64,000 nt of DNA from Vicugna vicugna (taxonomy: Eukaryota). Below the pieces are notes generated by a model, which was not told the origin of the DNA, made no database searches, and saw nothing but the letters and a program-made list of their open reading frames with translations. Of this stretch, positions 63,200 to 64,000 are shown one piece after another (the first letter of the stretch is position 1; each line of letters begins with the position of its first letter). The translations under genes were made by a program, and so were the position numbers. The stretch is taken from positions 4,464,001 to 4,528,000 of the forward strand of contig MU058213.1 of assembly GCA_013265495.1 (NCBI GenBank), read 5' to 3'.

Positions 63200-64000
63200 A
63201 TCAACTAGTATTTGCTTACTTTATCATGTGTCAGGAACTGGGCCAGGCAGGAGAATAAAAGAATTAGTATGAGTCCTCAGGAACCTTACATTCTACTTGA
63301 GAAGACCAACTGTGTACACACAGAAAATAAACTAAAATGATAAGATGATTCATATTAAATCTCAAGTAGCATAGATTATAAGTTAGAACTCAGAGAAATG
63401 AATGTGGTTTTCATACAGATTTTACAAAGGAAGGATAGAACTCTAAGATACTGGAAGGTGGGTAAGAGCTGACAGAGTGAACAAGAAAGCGTCTTGGGGG
63501 GAGAGGACGGATGACCAGTGAGAGAGAGGCAGCAGTATTCAGCACATCTTCTAGCTTCTTCCTGAATCTTCTCCCACCCAAAATACAAGCTTTTTGAGGG
63601 CAGGGTCGTTGGCTGCTTGTTTGTTGCATTTCCAGCATCTAACTGTGTGCCTGACAAATAAAATGTATTAATTAATAACATTTTGAATGAAGAAAAAAGT
63701 GAATGTGAATTCTAGGAATAGTAGCATTTTAGTTTGGCTTGAATTGATTATTTATTTAAGGGAATAGTGTGAGATGTTTGAATTATAAGGATGATGAATT
63801 TTGAATGCCTAACTGAAGAGTTTGTATTTTATCCTGTAAGGGTTTGGAATTGGACATTGGCATGATGAAAAATACAGGTGTTACTTAGAAAAGTTAAGCG
63901 GTGGCTTATGATTTACGAGAGAATTTATAAACTGGAGACAAGGGGAGATGGTATTGCTCTAGGCTACATATGAAGAACAATGGGATAGGTAGTTTAGACA
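63200..64000. mobile_element. L2 fragments in both orientations
   Basis: tgtgtcaggaactgggccaggc (minus); aagctttttgagggcaggg...tgtgcctgacaaata (plus tail); aggagtt-like gaagagtttgtattttatcctgtaagg (minus). Confidence 0.6.

Larger units (their letters stand above)
51411..64000 (+). other. TCF12: 5' part of the downstream TCF12 intron (intron 6)
   Basis: Begins GTAAGT; the next exon (SSLLRQDLG...) was not seen in the window. Confidence 0.85.

Noticed and set aside
1..64000. CRISPR arrays, operons, rRNA or tRNA genes
   Set aside because: Mammalian intronic DNA; no regularly spaced repeats or structured RNA genes recognised.

Overview
Eukaryotic (mammalian) AT-rich intronic DNA; nearly all ORF-track entries are chance ORFs or transposon remnants. 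The only host coding sequence I recognise is a 65-bp internal exon at 51346-51410 (+) encoding (G)[21 protein letters not shown], which matches TCF12/HEB as I recall it (probably exon 6), so the window is TCF12 intron 5, exon 6 and intron 6. The young L1 3' ends and the absence of recognisable Alu, Bov-A/BovB, PRE1 or Can-SINE suggest a camelid-like cetartiodactyl (inference). The introns hold many L1, L2, MIR, MLT1, MER58, Charlie-like and LTR remnants, a full-length Tigger1, and a 2.36-kb fossil piggyBac with TTAA target duplications, CpG-decayed terminal inverted repeats and a decayed transposase. The main candidate for something new: this piggyBac lies in the sense orientation and has a splice acceptor at 25423/25424 whose phase matches the phase-1 TCF12 intron, so upstream TCF12 exons could splice in frame to 137 open transposase codons, as in CSB-PGBD3. 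This is unproven without RNA data. Other points are a nested ORF1-only (HAL1-like) L1, a twin-primed L1, templated micro-rearrangements and candidate intronic regulatory modules. Repeat family names come from remembered consensus sequences, and many boundaries are approximate.
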